Shown: positions 10,720 through 24,300 of the stretch, piece after piece | How the letters are laid out: each line of letters begins with the position of its first letter | Numbering within the stretch: position 1 is the first letter of the stretch | Assembly (NCBI RefSeq): GCF_964355755.1 | Contig: NC_092674.1 | Coordinates: 27,218,001 to 27,282,000, forward strand | Origin: Antedon mediterranea | Lineage: Eukaryota > Animalia > Echinodermata | Direction: 5' to 3' | Length of the DNA: 64,000 nt | Position numbers and translations under genes: made by a program | Notes under the pieces: generated by a model | What the model was told of the DNA's origin: nothing | What the model saw: the letters and a program-made list of their open reading frames with translations, nothing else | Databases searched by the model: none

Positions 10720-12972
10720 TCATACAGCATTTGTTCCAGGCTCTTCCCCGACAATGTAAGCCGTACAACAAATACAACAACAAAACAAACCCATAGTAAT
10801 ATAGATGGCAGTGTTTAGCCAGAACGCAAAATAGTACACGACACCACTACAGTAGTTGTCAGCGTAAACATCACGGGTATCAACTTTGCCTCCGTATATC
10901 CACATATTTCCTGAAAAACAAGGAATTAAACTTTCTACAGTAATGGTTTGGGAGCATGTGCAAAAGTTGTGATATGCTCTGTTGTGAAAAAAAAAACAAA
11001 AAAGGTTTACATTTATATAAAAATCATTTCTACTAAAATTAAGCAGATATAGCAAATATACCAATATCCTATAATATTATATAGCAATATCCAATAACAC
11101 TAAACAATATCCCATAATAAAATATTCATATCCCATAATAAAATACTGTAGACTATTCCTTAATAATTCATATAACAAGAATATCACATAATAATTTAAC
11201 AAGAATATCCCATAATATAAACACAATCCTATAATATTGTGAATAATTTGAACTTACCCACTATAAACCACGCAAAAAGAAAACATCCAACAAGATGCGT
11301 GAACAGCCCTTGTTTGGCAGTATTACTGCTCTCTTGATCCCGCCACGTAGTCAATCGCACCCAAAGATCTATGACTATTTTTAGAACTGTGAAGGTGCCG
11401 CCAATGATCAGGTAAACTGGAATGTACATCTCTCCGGGACAGTCATTTTTGTAAGTTAAGCCTAAAATTCAGATTAATTTTAATCTTTTTTCTCGAAAAA
11501 GACATTATTCTGATGTGATGGATTGAATTAACATGCAGTAGGTAAACGTGTTGTCAGGCCGCGAGAATAGGCGATTACTTTATTCAGTTTCAAATCATGT
11601 TCTTACATATTACCAATGTCAGCAATATTTGTTGGATTTTATGGATAATAATTAATATACAAGGCCAGCACTCGCATACATTGATGTACTGTACTAGAGA
11701 CACTAGAGAGATGGACACCGGAGAGAGGAACTGGCTGTCACAATGGCAGATAGGAAGTTATGGAGGAATCTAGTCATATAAGTTCGAGTATGTCCCGGCG
11801 GACTAAGTATAATAATCATTCACAATAAGTTTGCATTGTGTCTATTGTATAAAACTGAGGTTGATAAAGTATATAAAAAAAGGCACACTGAAAAACACAT
11901 TGTAAATTTAGAAAAAAACGAAGCGAAACGATCATATTAAAAAATCTTTCAGAAATTTTGTTGTACCTTTATACTGGATTTTATAATGGAATGAAATAAA
12001 AGTTAAAAAAAAATAAAAAGTTCTATGACTTTTTGAAGTAAACTTACCAATTACAATCATGGCAACAGGAATAGCTAGAATGACTCCCATCATTATTGTA
12101 CAGGCAACTAAGAAAGGAAAAAATATATATAAATGTGATATAAATATTTCAGGGGACACCTCAAACATCACTGTTCGTTTCAACAACATATTTTCAGTGT
12201 TGTGGTTTCACAGCAATTTATAACTTACATGTTTTTAACAATATCATTACAATCTTTGCAAGAAACTCAACGATTCCTGATGAACCAGCCTTGGCTTCTT
12301 TAATCTCACCGAAAATTGCCTGGTACGATGGTGGCGCATCTACAAATAATCAAAGATAAATTTTTATATATTCACTGATCGTAAAGGCATTCCATTGTAC
12401 AATTCCCCTTCAGCACTATTTGATATTTAATTAGCACATGGAGGTCTGTTTTATACCTCCATGATTAGCACTATTATTTTTACATATTTTTAATATAAAA
12501 TAGTTATACAGAGGCTTCAATTTACTGTGTACTTTAATTTATCTTATAACATTTTAATGTTAATAGTGTACTTAGTTTTGGAAATTACCTTTTTGTACTT
12601 GATCATAAGTTGGTGGAGCAGATTGTTGACGCCAATATCCTGGCGGTGGGTTGTCTGAATCCTGTATGTAGGGGAAGGGATATAAGAACGGGACTAGCAC
12701 TTTATAAATCAGTACATTTTTATATTGGCCATGTCAGCTGGCTAAAGTTCTATCAAATCTAGGCCTAGCCTATAAGGCCAGCCTGTGTGTGATGTGTCTT
12801 TCCTAGCTTAGCTAGCCAGCTAGGCTAGGGCCTAGCCATCATAGAGATTATAATATCTCTATATGCCATGGCCTCTAGCCTAGAACTTTACTAAATACTT
12901 GGCCTAGCCTAGCTAGTAAGCTAACCCATCAATATACTTTAAAATAAACGAACTGACCATTGCTAATTCCAT
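10720..12972 (-). CDS. TMEM272-like 4-TM protein, paralog A, about 217 aa, 6 exons
   Basis: GT-AG exons 12958-12972, 12589-12661, 12229-12339, 12048-12107, 11258-11461 and 10720-10910 splice in frame (654 nt). Motifs CPGEMYIPVYLIIGG, WFIVGNMWIYG, NYCSGVVYYFAFW, and N-terminal PPGY/PPTY/PPSY. Confidence 0.85.
11670..11812 (+). mobile_element. RTE-like LINE 3' fragment in an intron
   Basis: Degenerate YIDVL...ELAVTMADRKLWRNLV, resembling the C-terminus of RTE ORF2. Confidence 0.4.
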
Positions 12973-13697
12973 TTCTGTTATTTAAAATAGCTCAGCCGCT
13001 AACCAAACTTTAGCCTAGCCCCCACCCACACTACACGACTTTCCCGCCAGTCATACAGTACCGGCCTAGGTGGTAGGTTCTGTTATTTTTGTTGATTGCT
13101 CAAGCGCATCGCAATAATTTAATTCGTTGTTCTGCTGCCACCAATCATTATATTAGAGAGCAGACCACTGATATTGGGTGGTAACTTTATAAAAAAAAGT
13201 GTAACGGTCATACAAAAATACATTTTAAATACGTATTTAGCTTTCAATTTGTATTTATTTATTTTTATTGTTACAAGCAGTATATATATTTGTAAATTTT
13301 TACATCTAAATTAAATTTAATCACTAAATCATTAACTATTAACTGTGTAAATGTCTACTTTTATTGAAAATATCAATGACTCCTGAAAGATTTCTCTATC
13401 TAAATTACAAGAAAAAGTCAAGCAAAATTAAAGGGTTCTCGGAGCGGAATCTCTCAGAGTGTACCCCACTGCCTTAAAAAACGCTGCCAAAACACCATTA
13501 GCTATATCAGGCCTTGTCTTTTAAGGCGAGCGAGTGTGATCACTCACCTAACACTCCTAAAAGTTGAAACTGCCCTTTGAGGAGTGTGATTTACAACACG
13601 CTTAAATTTGATAAACTTCTACACACCAACATACAAACAGCACACCTACAGCACCCCTGAATGTATTGAGGAGTGCAATTTGTAGCACACCTATAAT

Positions 13698-14438
13698 CTA
13701 TATATAATTCTTGTACAGCGTTTGGCAAATCTTGCAACATTTGACAACAGCAGATAAACCCGCTAAGATGTAAGTGACATTTGTCAGCCAAAAAAGCAAA
13801 CTTGTAGACAGTTCCATTACAATAGTTATCTGTCCGGACATCATCAGTATTTACGTCAGTTCCGTAAATCCACACATTTCCTAAAAACGATAATGATAAC
13901 TACGTTAATTCATATTTGCATGCAGGAACATTGGGACGTGATTACTCGCTTCCCACCTAGACACAGGTTTGATGAATTAAGGTTCAGGTCACAAAACGAC
14001 GACACATCGATTGACCCGACCTAGGTTGGTCGTCAAAAATCGAAAGCTCCTATCACCTATTCCAATATTTGTGACTAGAGAAAACGAACACCCTATACAC
14101 CAAATCAGTACACATAATAGGGTCTAGAAAACTCAGATCTCAGATATATCTGAGTTTTCTAGATATAGTATAGTAAAAAATTCCTATACTCACCAGCAAT
14201 AAACCAAGTAAATATATAGAGCCCTACGACAACGCAACAAATGTACCAGCAATTGTACGTCTGATATGTGCGTTTATGTCAATCTTACCATCATGTATGT
14301 TGGCCAGTAATTTTTTATTGGTTTGTACGAGATACAGGTAGATAGCAATCATATATTCAACCAATGCAAATGCTCCACTAACGATAAGATATATCGGTAT
14401 GTACCCTTCGGTAGGACATTCAACTATGTAAATAGATC
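13698..14438 (-). pseudogene. TMEM272-like paralog B: last two exons only, each frameshifted
   Basis: Exon 14194-14438 (CPTEGYIPIYLIVSG ... frameshift ... GLYIFTWFIAG). Exon from 13880 (GNVWIYG..DNYCNGTVYKFAF) has one extra T before WLTNVTY. No upstream exons found. Confidence 0.7.
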
Positions 14439-14944
14439 CTTAAAATACCAAAACCAAATAAATGAATTATAAAATAAAATAACTATAACAAGCGTGGTCA
14501 TGTTTACAGTAATTAAAAAAAAACATAGCATCATAATCTTGAGGAAGAAGAACACGCTTATTACGTATAGTAATGAAACAACATAATCTTCTTTGGGGAT
14601 GCACCAGATTCCAACCCAGTGCTGTATCTGCACATATGACAATATTTAACCTGTATCATAGGCACATTCCGTAATACGGCATATCTCATGAGTTTCACAT
14701 GCGATTCCTTATGGAAGGTTAAGCTAATAATAATCTTACCTTTTGTGATGTCATTGTGCTTGGTATTCACCTTGTATGGTCGTTAGAAGAATAGAATAGG
14801 CCTAGGATCACAATTATAAACAGTTTAATTATTTATATCTCATTTTAGTTTCAGTTTACTCCTTTGAAATATAATCTCACCCTGGTCTTTTTACTCAGAT
14901 AAACACTTTGAATAATGACGTATCTAAGCATACACTTTTATGGG

Positions 14945-15110
14945 CCACTATGAGTTAGGGCATTGGACTAGCAATGCAGAGGTTGTGGGTTCAAGCTTCG
15001 GTCCGGTCAGTTCAGTCCTTGAGCATTCTTTATCCACTTTACTACTCCTCACCCAGGTGACAAATGGGTGGTATTTAAGTACTGGGAAAATAATTCAGAC
15101 TCAGGGGAAG
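14945..15110 (+). mobile_element. tRNA-derived SINE remnant
   Basis: A-box-like ...GTTAGGGCATTGG, B-box GGTTCAAGC, followed by a GTCCTTGAGCA...CACCCAGGTG..AAATGGGT core. Confidence 0.5.
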
Positions 15111-17043
15111 AGATGAGTGGCATACAAAGAAAACAGAGAAGAATGTGAAAGTTTTATGTAGCAACATGGAACTTACGGTCGATGATGGACACCCCTACCA
15201 CTTCACTCAATTAGACCAGAAAGAAGTGCATTCATTGCTAAAGAGCTTTTGCGTAACAATGTAGAAATAGCTGCCCTCTTTGACTCAAGACTCCTAGTTG
15301 ATGGTCAATTGGTTGATTGGTTAAAGGTCTGGTTATACCAACTTCTGGAAAGAACAAGGCCAATACATGGCTGGCCCAGTAGCGTGCACAAATTTGAGTT
15401 AGTGTTTACCGACCGAATGGCCGACCAGCCAACTGACCGAAATAATGAGCTTTAGAGTCGCATTTGCACGTGACTAAAGACCAGCAACGACGAATTCACA
15501 GGGTGGCAATTACAGTTAGATGAGAAGGAAGCCTTTTATCGGGAGCTAGATATTTGGATTGGAAATCAAACAACATTGAACACCAAAATGATATTTTTTA
15601 CAGAATTTTTATTTAAACGTTTGTAAATGAATTTTAATTAAGAATTACATTACCACCGATTCATAATTTGTTTATTCTATTTACTACTGCCACAGATACA
15701 AAATATACATTTAATATTTTAAGATATAAATACAGTTCTAAATATACATAACACTTTCTATTTAGGATGAATATAAGACACGCCTTTGGTGTAGATCAAA
15801 CATATTGATTATAGAGAGAAAAAAAACACCCTTTCTAAATAAACAAAAACTTATTTAACAAAAATGAAAAATTTATAAAAGCATTCTACAACAAAACACT
15901 TCAAATAAATTCAGTTTGCAATTATGATTAAATGTTAACTATTAAAAAGAAAGGGGCGAAACACGGATTTTTTCATATATTATTATTCTGTAAAAACTAG
16001 CGCTACCCTCTTGATTCACCCTTGCTATAGCAGGTCTGTCACGATTCTAATAAATTTTACCAAAATATTTTTCTGATTTTAAATTTAACTAAGGCTATTA
16101 AAGCTTCTTTTCGATTTGAACTTACTGATCAGACACAGTGGCCGATATTTATTGAAATAAAATAAAAAATTAATTCTTGTTTATTTCCCTATAAATGTTT
16201 TCTTTGGTGGAATTGTTGAACTTTTGGAATTTCAATTACAATTTATTAATGGTTCAGTAGAACAAAAGAGTAACACCTATTTTATGGTTAGAGCAAATGG
16301 AAGGAAATCTAAAAACTGTATGAAAGGGTGTGTGTGAGCCGTGAAACCTATTACATTTACATGATTGAATAGTGTAATGTGCAATAGTGGAGAGTTGAAT
16401 ACTTTAGAGTGCAATAGTATAATTAATAAATATACGGTATATAAAATAAGACTGAATACAAATTCAATGGAATAAAAACATATTACAATATTTAAAATAT
16501 AAGTTGTCATGAGTTGAAATATTTAGTATTATTAATGTACGAGGCATAGAGGTATTCTCTAGCATAATCAAAACTAGAGATTCAACTGATTTTAACACGG
16601 TATTCTGTTTTTTACAGAATGCATCTTATTTACAGAATGTATTCTGTTTACTACTGTCTATAGCTTTGGCACCATCTGTTGGCTTACGTCATTGTTTTAA
16701 ATAAACTAACCTTTAGTATATTTTGTTAATTTTTTGGCATTCTGATATATAAACCTAAATTATCATGATCATCAAATGTGTACTATAATAAATAAAGATT
16801 ATGACATTCATTATAGAAATAAATATATAATTTACTACAAAAGAATATAAATTTGTAATTAATCAAATTCATCAAGTCCATGATAAGAAATATATAGATA
16901 CTGCTTCTAAGTATATAATAAAAATATCATTTATAAATAAATAAGAAATGTCCTCATTGTCCAACAAAGTGTTAAATTGGAATTTCAATCCGAGTTTAAT
17001 ATAAGGTACAAATATGGAAGCTTTCCAGTTATAATCTTACATC

Positions 17044-17089
17044 CAGGGATGTCACCAGCTTTTTGGAGTGCTGGTCGGCAAATTCCGCC

Positions 17090-17125
<36 letters not shown>

Positions 17126-18135
17126 ACACCCCCCCGGGGTATACCCCCGGGGGTTGTCGTTATTTTAGCGAAACATAAAGAATTATGAAAATAAATAACA
17201 ACAAATTGCGTCAGGTCTAGGCCTAACCTTGTACCACCGGGGAGTCGCCGTTAATATTCGCGAAAACAAAAAAACGCATACGAAATGAATAGCAATAGTT
17301 CGCGTCAGGCTTAGGCCTAGACTTGGTAGACACTACGACCACTACTAGGCCTAGCCAAGGCTTAGATAGATGCCCCAAAATCTGAATTCCACAAAAACAG
17401 GCGCTTCCTTATTTAGCGTATTCGCGAATTCCGGATTTTTTGTTTCACAACTGTGCGGCAAGCATGTAGTGCATGGCCGGCAAGAACAGACACGTGTTTA
17501 TCCAGGGACGTGTAATTATTGTACCATGCTCGACGAACATTAACGAACGAACTTGCCGGGTCTCACTGAACCATGCGCATGTTTTTTTATTTTTTTTAAT
17601 AGTTCGTAGAGTACAAAAATGTAAAACTAGTAACATAATATAATTAAAGCAGGGTGACAAAACATTCAGCAATTAAAAATTATTTTGTTTGGGTCTATGT
17701 AGTTGTACATTTTTAATTACTGCGTACTTGTTTGTATTTTTAATCTGTGCAAAATAAAACGCTTGAATGGTCGCTTTGTGAACTTTAAACTTGTACACTG
17801 TGCTGTGTAGCACGTTGTTCGCCATGACTCACAAGCTGTAACAATGAATACCAGGGCAGGGTAGGCCTGGTATTGTGTTACAAATAAAGTAATGTACGTA
17901 ACCACGGAAACATTTGCTGTAGTCTTTTGTCTTATCTATATGAGGCTAGCTTGTCTGTAATTAACGATGTGCTAGGTAAAATGTTTCAGTACGAATTTTA
18001 GTAAGGCCTAGGCCTAATATAAATATCGTAATGATTAATAAATAATAGTGGTGGTCGGCAGCCTGTAAATCCTGGTCGGAAATGTTGAGTGCTGGTCGGG
18101 GCCGACCAGCGCCGACCAGCGTGGTGACATCCCTG
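17044..18135. mobile_element. Non-autonomous DNA transposon with hAT-like termini and a 6-bp TSD
   Basis: TIR CAGGGATGTCACCA / TGGTGACATCCCTG, TACATC directly repeated on both flanks, subterminal GCTGGTCGG repeats, no long ORF. Confidence 0.8.
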
Positions 18136-18381
18136 TACATCATTTACACAAGACAATCTGAACCGAATTTAAGAAAGATTGTCAAAGAATATACAGTATA
18201 GTATGTCTACCTGTAAGCTTGATATTATTCTAATGCTGTGATGAGACAATTTTTATTTTATCAATCCACAAATCGTGTAAAATAGAATATTTGGCTCCAA
18301 TATTAGAAGAATAGATTTATTATACATATCTTGATAGGCATGCTTAAAGGTGCAACGAGACAGGACATCGTCGTTTAAGAT

Positions 18382-21300
18382 TTAACTGTTTTCACTGGTA
18401 CCTCCAGACACCCCGGCTGCACAGGCAGCACAACAGAAACAGCAGCACAGCAGTCCGAGTATGATGTATGTGGAGTTCAACAACCAAAACGAAAAGTAAT
18501 ACAAGGTTCCGTTACAGTAGTTAAGCGCGTTGACGTTGTCGGTGTTCGGGTCGGTCCCATATATCCATACATTTCCTGCAAAAAAGGGTAAGATTAACAT
18601 TGGTGAGAGAAAACACATGTGTAAAACTTTATGTTACAAAAAATGTGATGTGCCCATATTTAGACATGATGTCATATCACTACCATATTTGGGCACATCA
18701 GTTTTTTGTTTGATAGCGGAGATAGAACTTAACTATCCAGGTATGTCTAGACATATAACATCGGGATACTGTACATAGTTGCCGTTGCAGTGATCCATAC
18801 ACGTTTTTTGCGGCACATCCATCGTTGCTGCATAGATCTGCATAATCATATTTTGGGCACTAGTATTTATTGTTATACAAATGAAAATAACAGGTCTTTT
18901 ACTTTACATAACTCTATTCGATTAAAAGTCTTTCACCACAAAAATCCTCTTACAGGCCTAGAACATCGGTAAACTTTTCGCGATTAGGAATTATTGTAGA
19001 ACACTTTATATGATTAAGAACTAGTTACGTATGTTTATGTTCCTTGGGACGTGTTTCCTCACCAGTTATTCTGGATTCGAGATCCACACCTAATTATCAC
19101 TAGCTACTTCTAAATTCACCAGCAATGAACCAGGCAAAGAGGAAGCAACCAAAGAGGTTACTACAAGTTCCTTGCTTGGTCACCTAATTATCACTAAGCT
19201 ACTTCTAAACTCACCAGCAATGAACCAGGCAAAGAGGAAGCAACCAAAGAGGTAACTACAAGTTCCTTGCTTGGTCACATAATTATCACTAAGCTACTTC
19301 TAAACTCACCAGCAATGAACCAGGCAAAGAGGAAGCAACCAAAGAGACTACTACAAGCTCCTTGCTTAGACATCTGATTATCCTCTCCATCTTCAGTTCT
19401 TCTCTTCGACCACCGAGAACAAAGATCCATTAAGTTTTTGGCGATTGTAAATGCGCCGCCAACAATCAGGTATATGGGTATTTTATCCTGAGCTGGGCAG
19501 TCATCTTTATAAACAGCGCCTATACACAATAAAAGAAGTAAAATGTATAAGTTTGTTGTTATATAGTCTGGGCTCCAGACGGAGTTCTGTAAAAATTAAA
19601 ATATTTTTGCACATATGGCGTTTCATACGTGCATTACTTGAGTTTGGATACTCCGTCTGGGGAAACACGCATAAGTCATGTGGTTTGACACCAAGAATTC
19701 TTGGTGCATAAATTATCCAGTTGACTAGTTTCAGCCGCATGCCATTGGCTACTCACTCGTACGTCGTTTTAATATTCATATATCAGAATTTCAAAGACTC
19801 AACGTCTAAAGACGATGCGCATGCGCTATATTACGTTTAGACAATGTGTACTTGGGTACATTGATGAAAGTTTCTGAAGGCTAAAAATGATTTTATATGC
19901 CTAGTAGTCTGGTAAACATTTGATGAGATTTTTCCAAAGAACATGAAAACTCGTCTTGATATGATAGGCTAGCTTCTCCGCCAAATCAAACATTGAATGG
20001 ATCATTTATTATGCGGAGAAAATTTGATTTAATTCCCACCCAGATTCAGACCCTTTCCTGTTCTGTGTGGTGGTGTAGCCCTGTTGTGTGCCGGTCGGTG
20101 GTGGTATGTACCTTGATTGGCGTTTTATTTGGCAGGTCATACGTACGAGTTGAGTAGCCCTACGAAGGAGGCCTAGGCCAGGACTAAACAATTAATAAAC
20201 AAAACAACTTGGCAACACGATTTAATATTTCAACAGTTGTTCAGTCTCGTCGTACATTCAGCACTGCACACTGTACGTACGTACTCGATCTTTTTCATTT
20301 TGAAACAAAATGATCATTGGTTGATTCGAAATCCATACATACAGCCCGCCCCATATAGCCAAATAAGGTATGATAACCTACATCATTCTTATCGGATGTT
20401 TTCGGTTTGCAAATCGATTTCTATACGTGTTTCACAAGTCTGTATTTTCAGACAAAAATCGCGGTCGAAATAAAAACAAATAAATAAAAAAAAGAAAGAC
20501 AATAAATACAGACTTGGGGCAAGTCTAGTTGTTATACTGTAATTTTGATTTTATTTATTTTAGCAGACATTCAACAACATATCAAATAATTTATACAGGA
20601 AATTATTTGAAAAAAAATAATGTCCAAGTTTTCAGTGGAAATATTTACACATGAGAAAACCTGATCTTGGATTTGAACCAAGTAGCCTAGATTGACAAGC
20701 ATGAACCAGCTTTTTTCTTACCTATAACAATCATTGTGATGGGCACAGCCAGGATTAACGCCATCATAATGGTGCAACACACTAGAAAAAAAAAGAAATG
20801 AAAAAAAAAAAAAAGTGAGATTTCTTGAGTTGACACAACAAATGTACTTATTTTTTATGTTTAATAAAACACTTTACTAAAATATTGAGTTTTGATTAGA
20901 TGGAGAATTGGTGTGACTTTGAATAATGCATTGTGATTGGTTGATTTTGGTTTATTTCTTTTTTATACTGGGTGACATTATTTCCCAGAGACCTCAGGCC
21001 CATGACCATCACACTGTGCTTCTTTCGTATTGTATAGAAAGTTTTTTATGGTGCATATACATAGGACCAAGAGCTTTACCTCCATCTGAAAGACGAGGTG
21101 ATTAGAATAAAGAAAGAAAACATGGTTTCAAACCTATGGATCTGATATGTCTACCAGTTGCTGGGCGTGTACCCAAATTCACTTCTCCATTTGTAGGAAA
21201 ACATTAAAACAGGAATTAAAATAAAATAATAATTTAATACTTACATGTGTTCAGTAGGATAAGAAGCAGTTTTACCAGGAAGTCAACCAATCCAGAGGAA

Positions 21301-24300
21301 CCTGCTTTAGCTTCTTTAATCTCGCCATAGATTGACTGGTATGATGGTGGCGCATCTGTAACACAAAAGAAATAATAAAACCATGTTGGAAAATATTGTT
21401 TGAAAGATTGCATGGCGAAATCAAATGTTGATAAAGTTTGCGATATACCACGTATATTTAGTTCTGAAAAGAGCTTCTCGATGTTTCGATCAATCTACTT
21501 TGATCGTCCTCAGGACAGAAAAATGTTCTCACCCTAAGGGCGATCGAAGTTGGAATAGTTGTTGATGTACATACAGAAGTACACGCATATATAGAAATTA
21601 AGAAGACGTACATTACTTTGCAATAAGTGTAAGAATCCATGAATTTTACAAATGTTGGTTGGACAAAAGCATAAAAATTTAACCACATATAAAATATTTA
21701 TTATACAGCAAACATATCATACGGTCTATAAATTAGGCTAATTTGACATTACTATATTGCATTATGTTCGAGAAATTGAAAATATTTGAAAGGTTATCAT
21801 AATTAATTATAATAAATTTTAACTTTAATTTCTTTCATAATAATTTAATTATCACTAACACAGATAAACTTTCATAAATATATCATTTATAAACATTTCG
21901 CGGGTTTATATTAATATTGCATTATGTTCAAGCAATTGAAAATCTTTGGATTTGTTAAATGTCAGAAAATATTATTATGAAGAGATGATAAAGTTAGAAA
22001 AAATCAAAATTGATAGGAAAAAAAAAACAAAATCAGAAAGCAAAATTTACCATTTAATATAATTACACATTCAGACACGATCGAACCTTTAATGCTTTAA
22101 ACAAATTTTACCTTTTTGTATTTGATTGTAGTCAGGTGGAGCAGGCTGTTCCGTTCCATAGTTTGGATTGTCTGGTCCCTGTTCCAGATCCTGTTGAAAG
22201 GGAAACAAGAATTAAACTTGAACTTCTCCTAGAATTAGGTCAAAACGGTTATTTTGCAATATTTCCATCAAATTCTAAGAGCTGGATTAGAATCATCCAG
22301 GATTTAAATGATAAAAATTCCCACATTTAGAAACTACAAATATCAAATTATTAAAAAAAAAACGTACAAGTAGAAATTTTAAATAATTGAAAAACATTGT
22401 AATTTATCAATAAAATAAGTTTTGATATTCAATTTAGTAACTATTTACAGTACTGTAGTATTGGTACTCTACATTGTAAAACTGCACTGTATTTTATTTT
22501 TATTTTAAGCTCTGTCTACACTAGTTTGACAAAAAAAGTTGTATGTGCCTAAATATGGTAGTGAAATGCTTAAATATGGTAGTGATATGACATCATCATG
22601 TCCATATATGAGCTCATCACATTTTTCTGTCATCATAAGTTTGATAGTGAGACAGAGCTAAAGGTCTATGTATTTCTTTTTCTTTTATTGTGTCCTAGTG
22701 TTACTTCATGAATGTAATAATATATTTGTTTTATTATATTTTTTCTTTGTATTAATTTATGATTATGTTGGCAATATCTTTTAGGATTTTCTTTAGTTAC
22801 TTAGTTACTACTAATTCACATTACTGTACATATTTGTATGCTATATTATAAGATGATTATTATGTGTAAATATATTTTAAACAGAATAAAACAATGTACA
22901 GGATAAAAGGTGAAAATTGTCATGCTGAACTGAGGGCAAATTAATATCCTTTAGTAATTTAATACATGCAGAATAAAACATACCCTACAATAATTACACT
23001 ATAATACTACTGTGAATACTACTGTGATTTCTACTGTAGATTCCCGATTTTCTATAAAAAAAAAGTATCACTTCTAAAATTTGTTATCTTAAGTCACATG
23101 CTAACATGTACAGTATGAAAAAAACTAGTTCTATTTTTCAAAATCTGTAAACAGGGAAGTTACATGCTGATATATTGTATAAAAAAATCCCATTTCCATT
23201 ATTATAATAATGAGTTTGATCTTTAGTAACACCATGGAGGTATACCTCCATGGTAACACTAACAAGGTAAATATTGACATCATATAATAATAGGAATAAC
23301 TTCCATTTCATAGGAACTGTAGGCATATGTAAACAGTTTACTATGGAAACTGTGTTGATCCACTATATGTCCAAGCACTGCAGGGAGTTGTAAAATAATT
23401 ATATTTTACAACTCCCTGGTCCAAGCATGGCATTAACTTAAAAAGCTATAACCAGAGGTCCATATCTAAAATCTTAACTGCCCAGTGGTATATGGAAATC
23501 TAATTATTTTTAATAAACAAAACAAATTTGAGAATGAGCAAAAACTGCCCTGAACCAGGAATCTCCTGCTTATACAGTATGCAGGACATCCAATTTTAAA
23601 AGCCTTAATACAAAGCTAACTTATAAAATAATATAATAATAATAATAGTATAAATAAAATAATAATAAAACACTTTGCACTAGGCCTAACACCAGAGGCC
23701 TGGGATGTCAATAATTTTAAACACTAATCAATATAGAGTTGATGGTTCAAGCAATATGCTAATAAACCCGAAAATGAAAACATAATCAATAAACAACAAT
23801 AACATAATTTCAGGCTTGATTCTGACAACTGCGCTGACAAATGGGCCGACAACTGAGTAGTATTGAATAAATATAGAGATATTTTATTTTATATTTTATT
23901 CCTTTTACATTACAGTATATTTGGTGATAAATAAAATACGGTATGATGAGACATTTTATACCTTGTAAATATACAGTCTACATGAACCTCTATTAAGGGG
24001 ACACATTTAGGACACAACAAAGCGTCCACTTAATAGAGGTTTTGACTGAATATGGGTTGGCCTGCAGTCCTGTATCAAGTGTTGAAAGATATACTGTATT
24101 GCCTCGACTCTTGTTTTAAAGGGAAAGATTCCACTTAATAAGGATGTCACCTGAATAGGGATGCTGTACTGTACAACTCTGCTCTGTCTACACTATTATC
24201 AAACTTGTGACAAAAAAATGTGATGTGCCCATATGTGAACATGATGTCATAACTACCATATTTGGACACAAACTAGTTTGATAGTGTAGACAGAGCTTTA

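Noticed and set aside
14424-14770. Hydrophobic ORFs as the missing 5' exons of TMEM272-like B
   Set aside because: No similarity to exons 1-4 of A or C. 14600-14670 matches a dispersed repeat also seen at about 33570-33630 and 57560-57615.
17093-17124. Poly-G run as a G-quadruplex or Gly-rich coding region
   Set aside because: It lies inside a non-coding transposon, and homopolymer length is unreliable.
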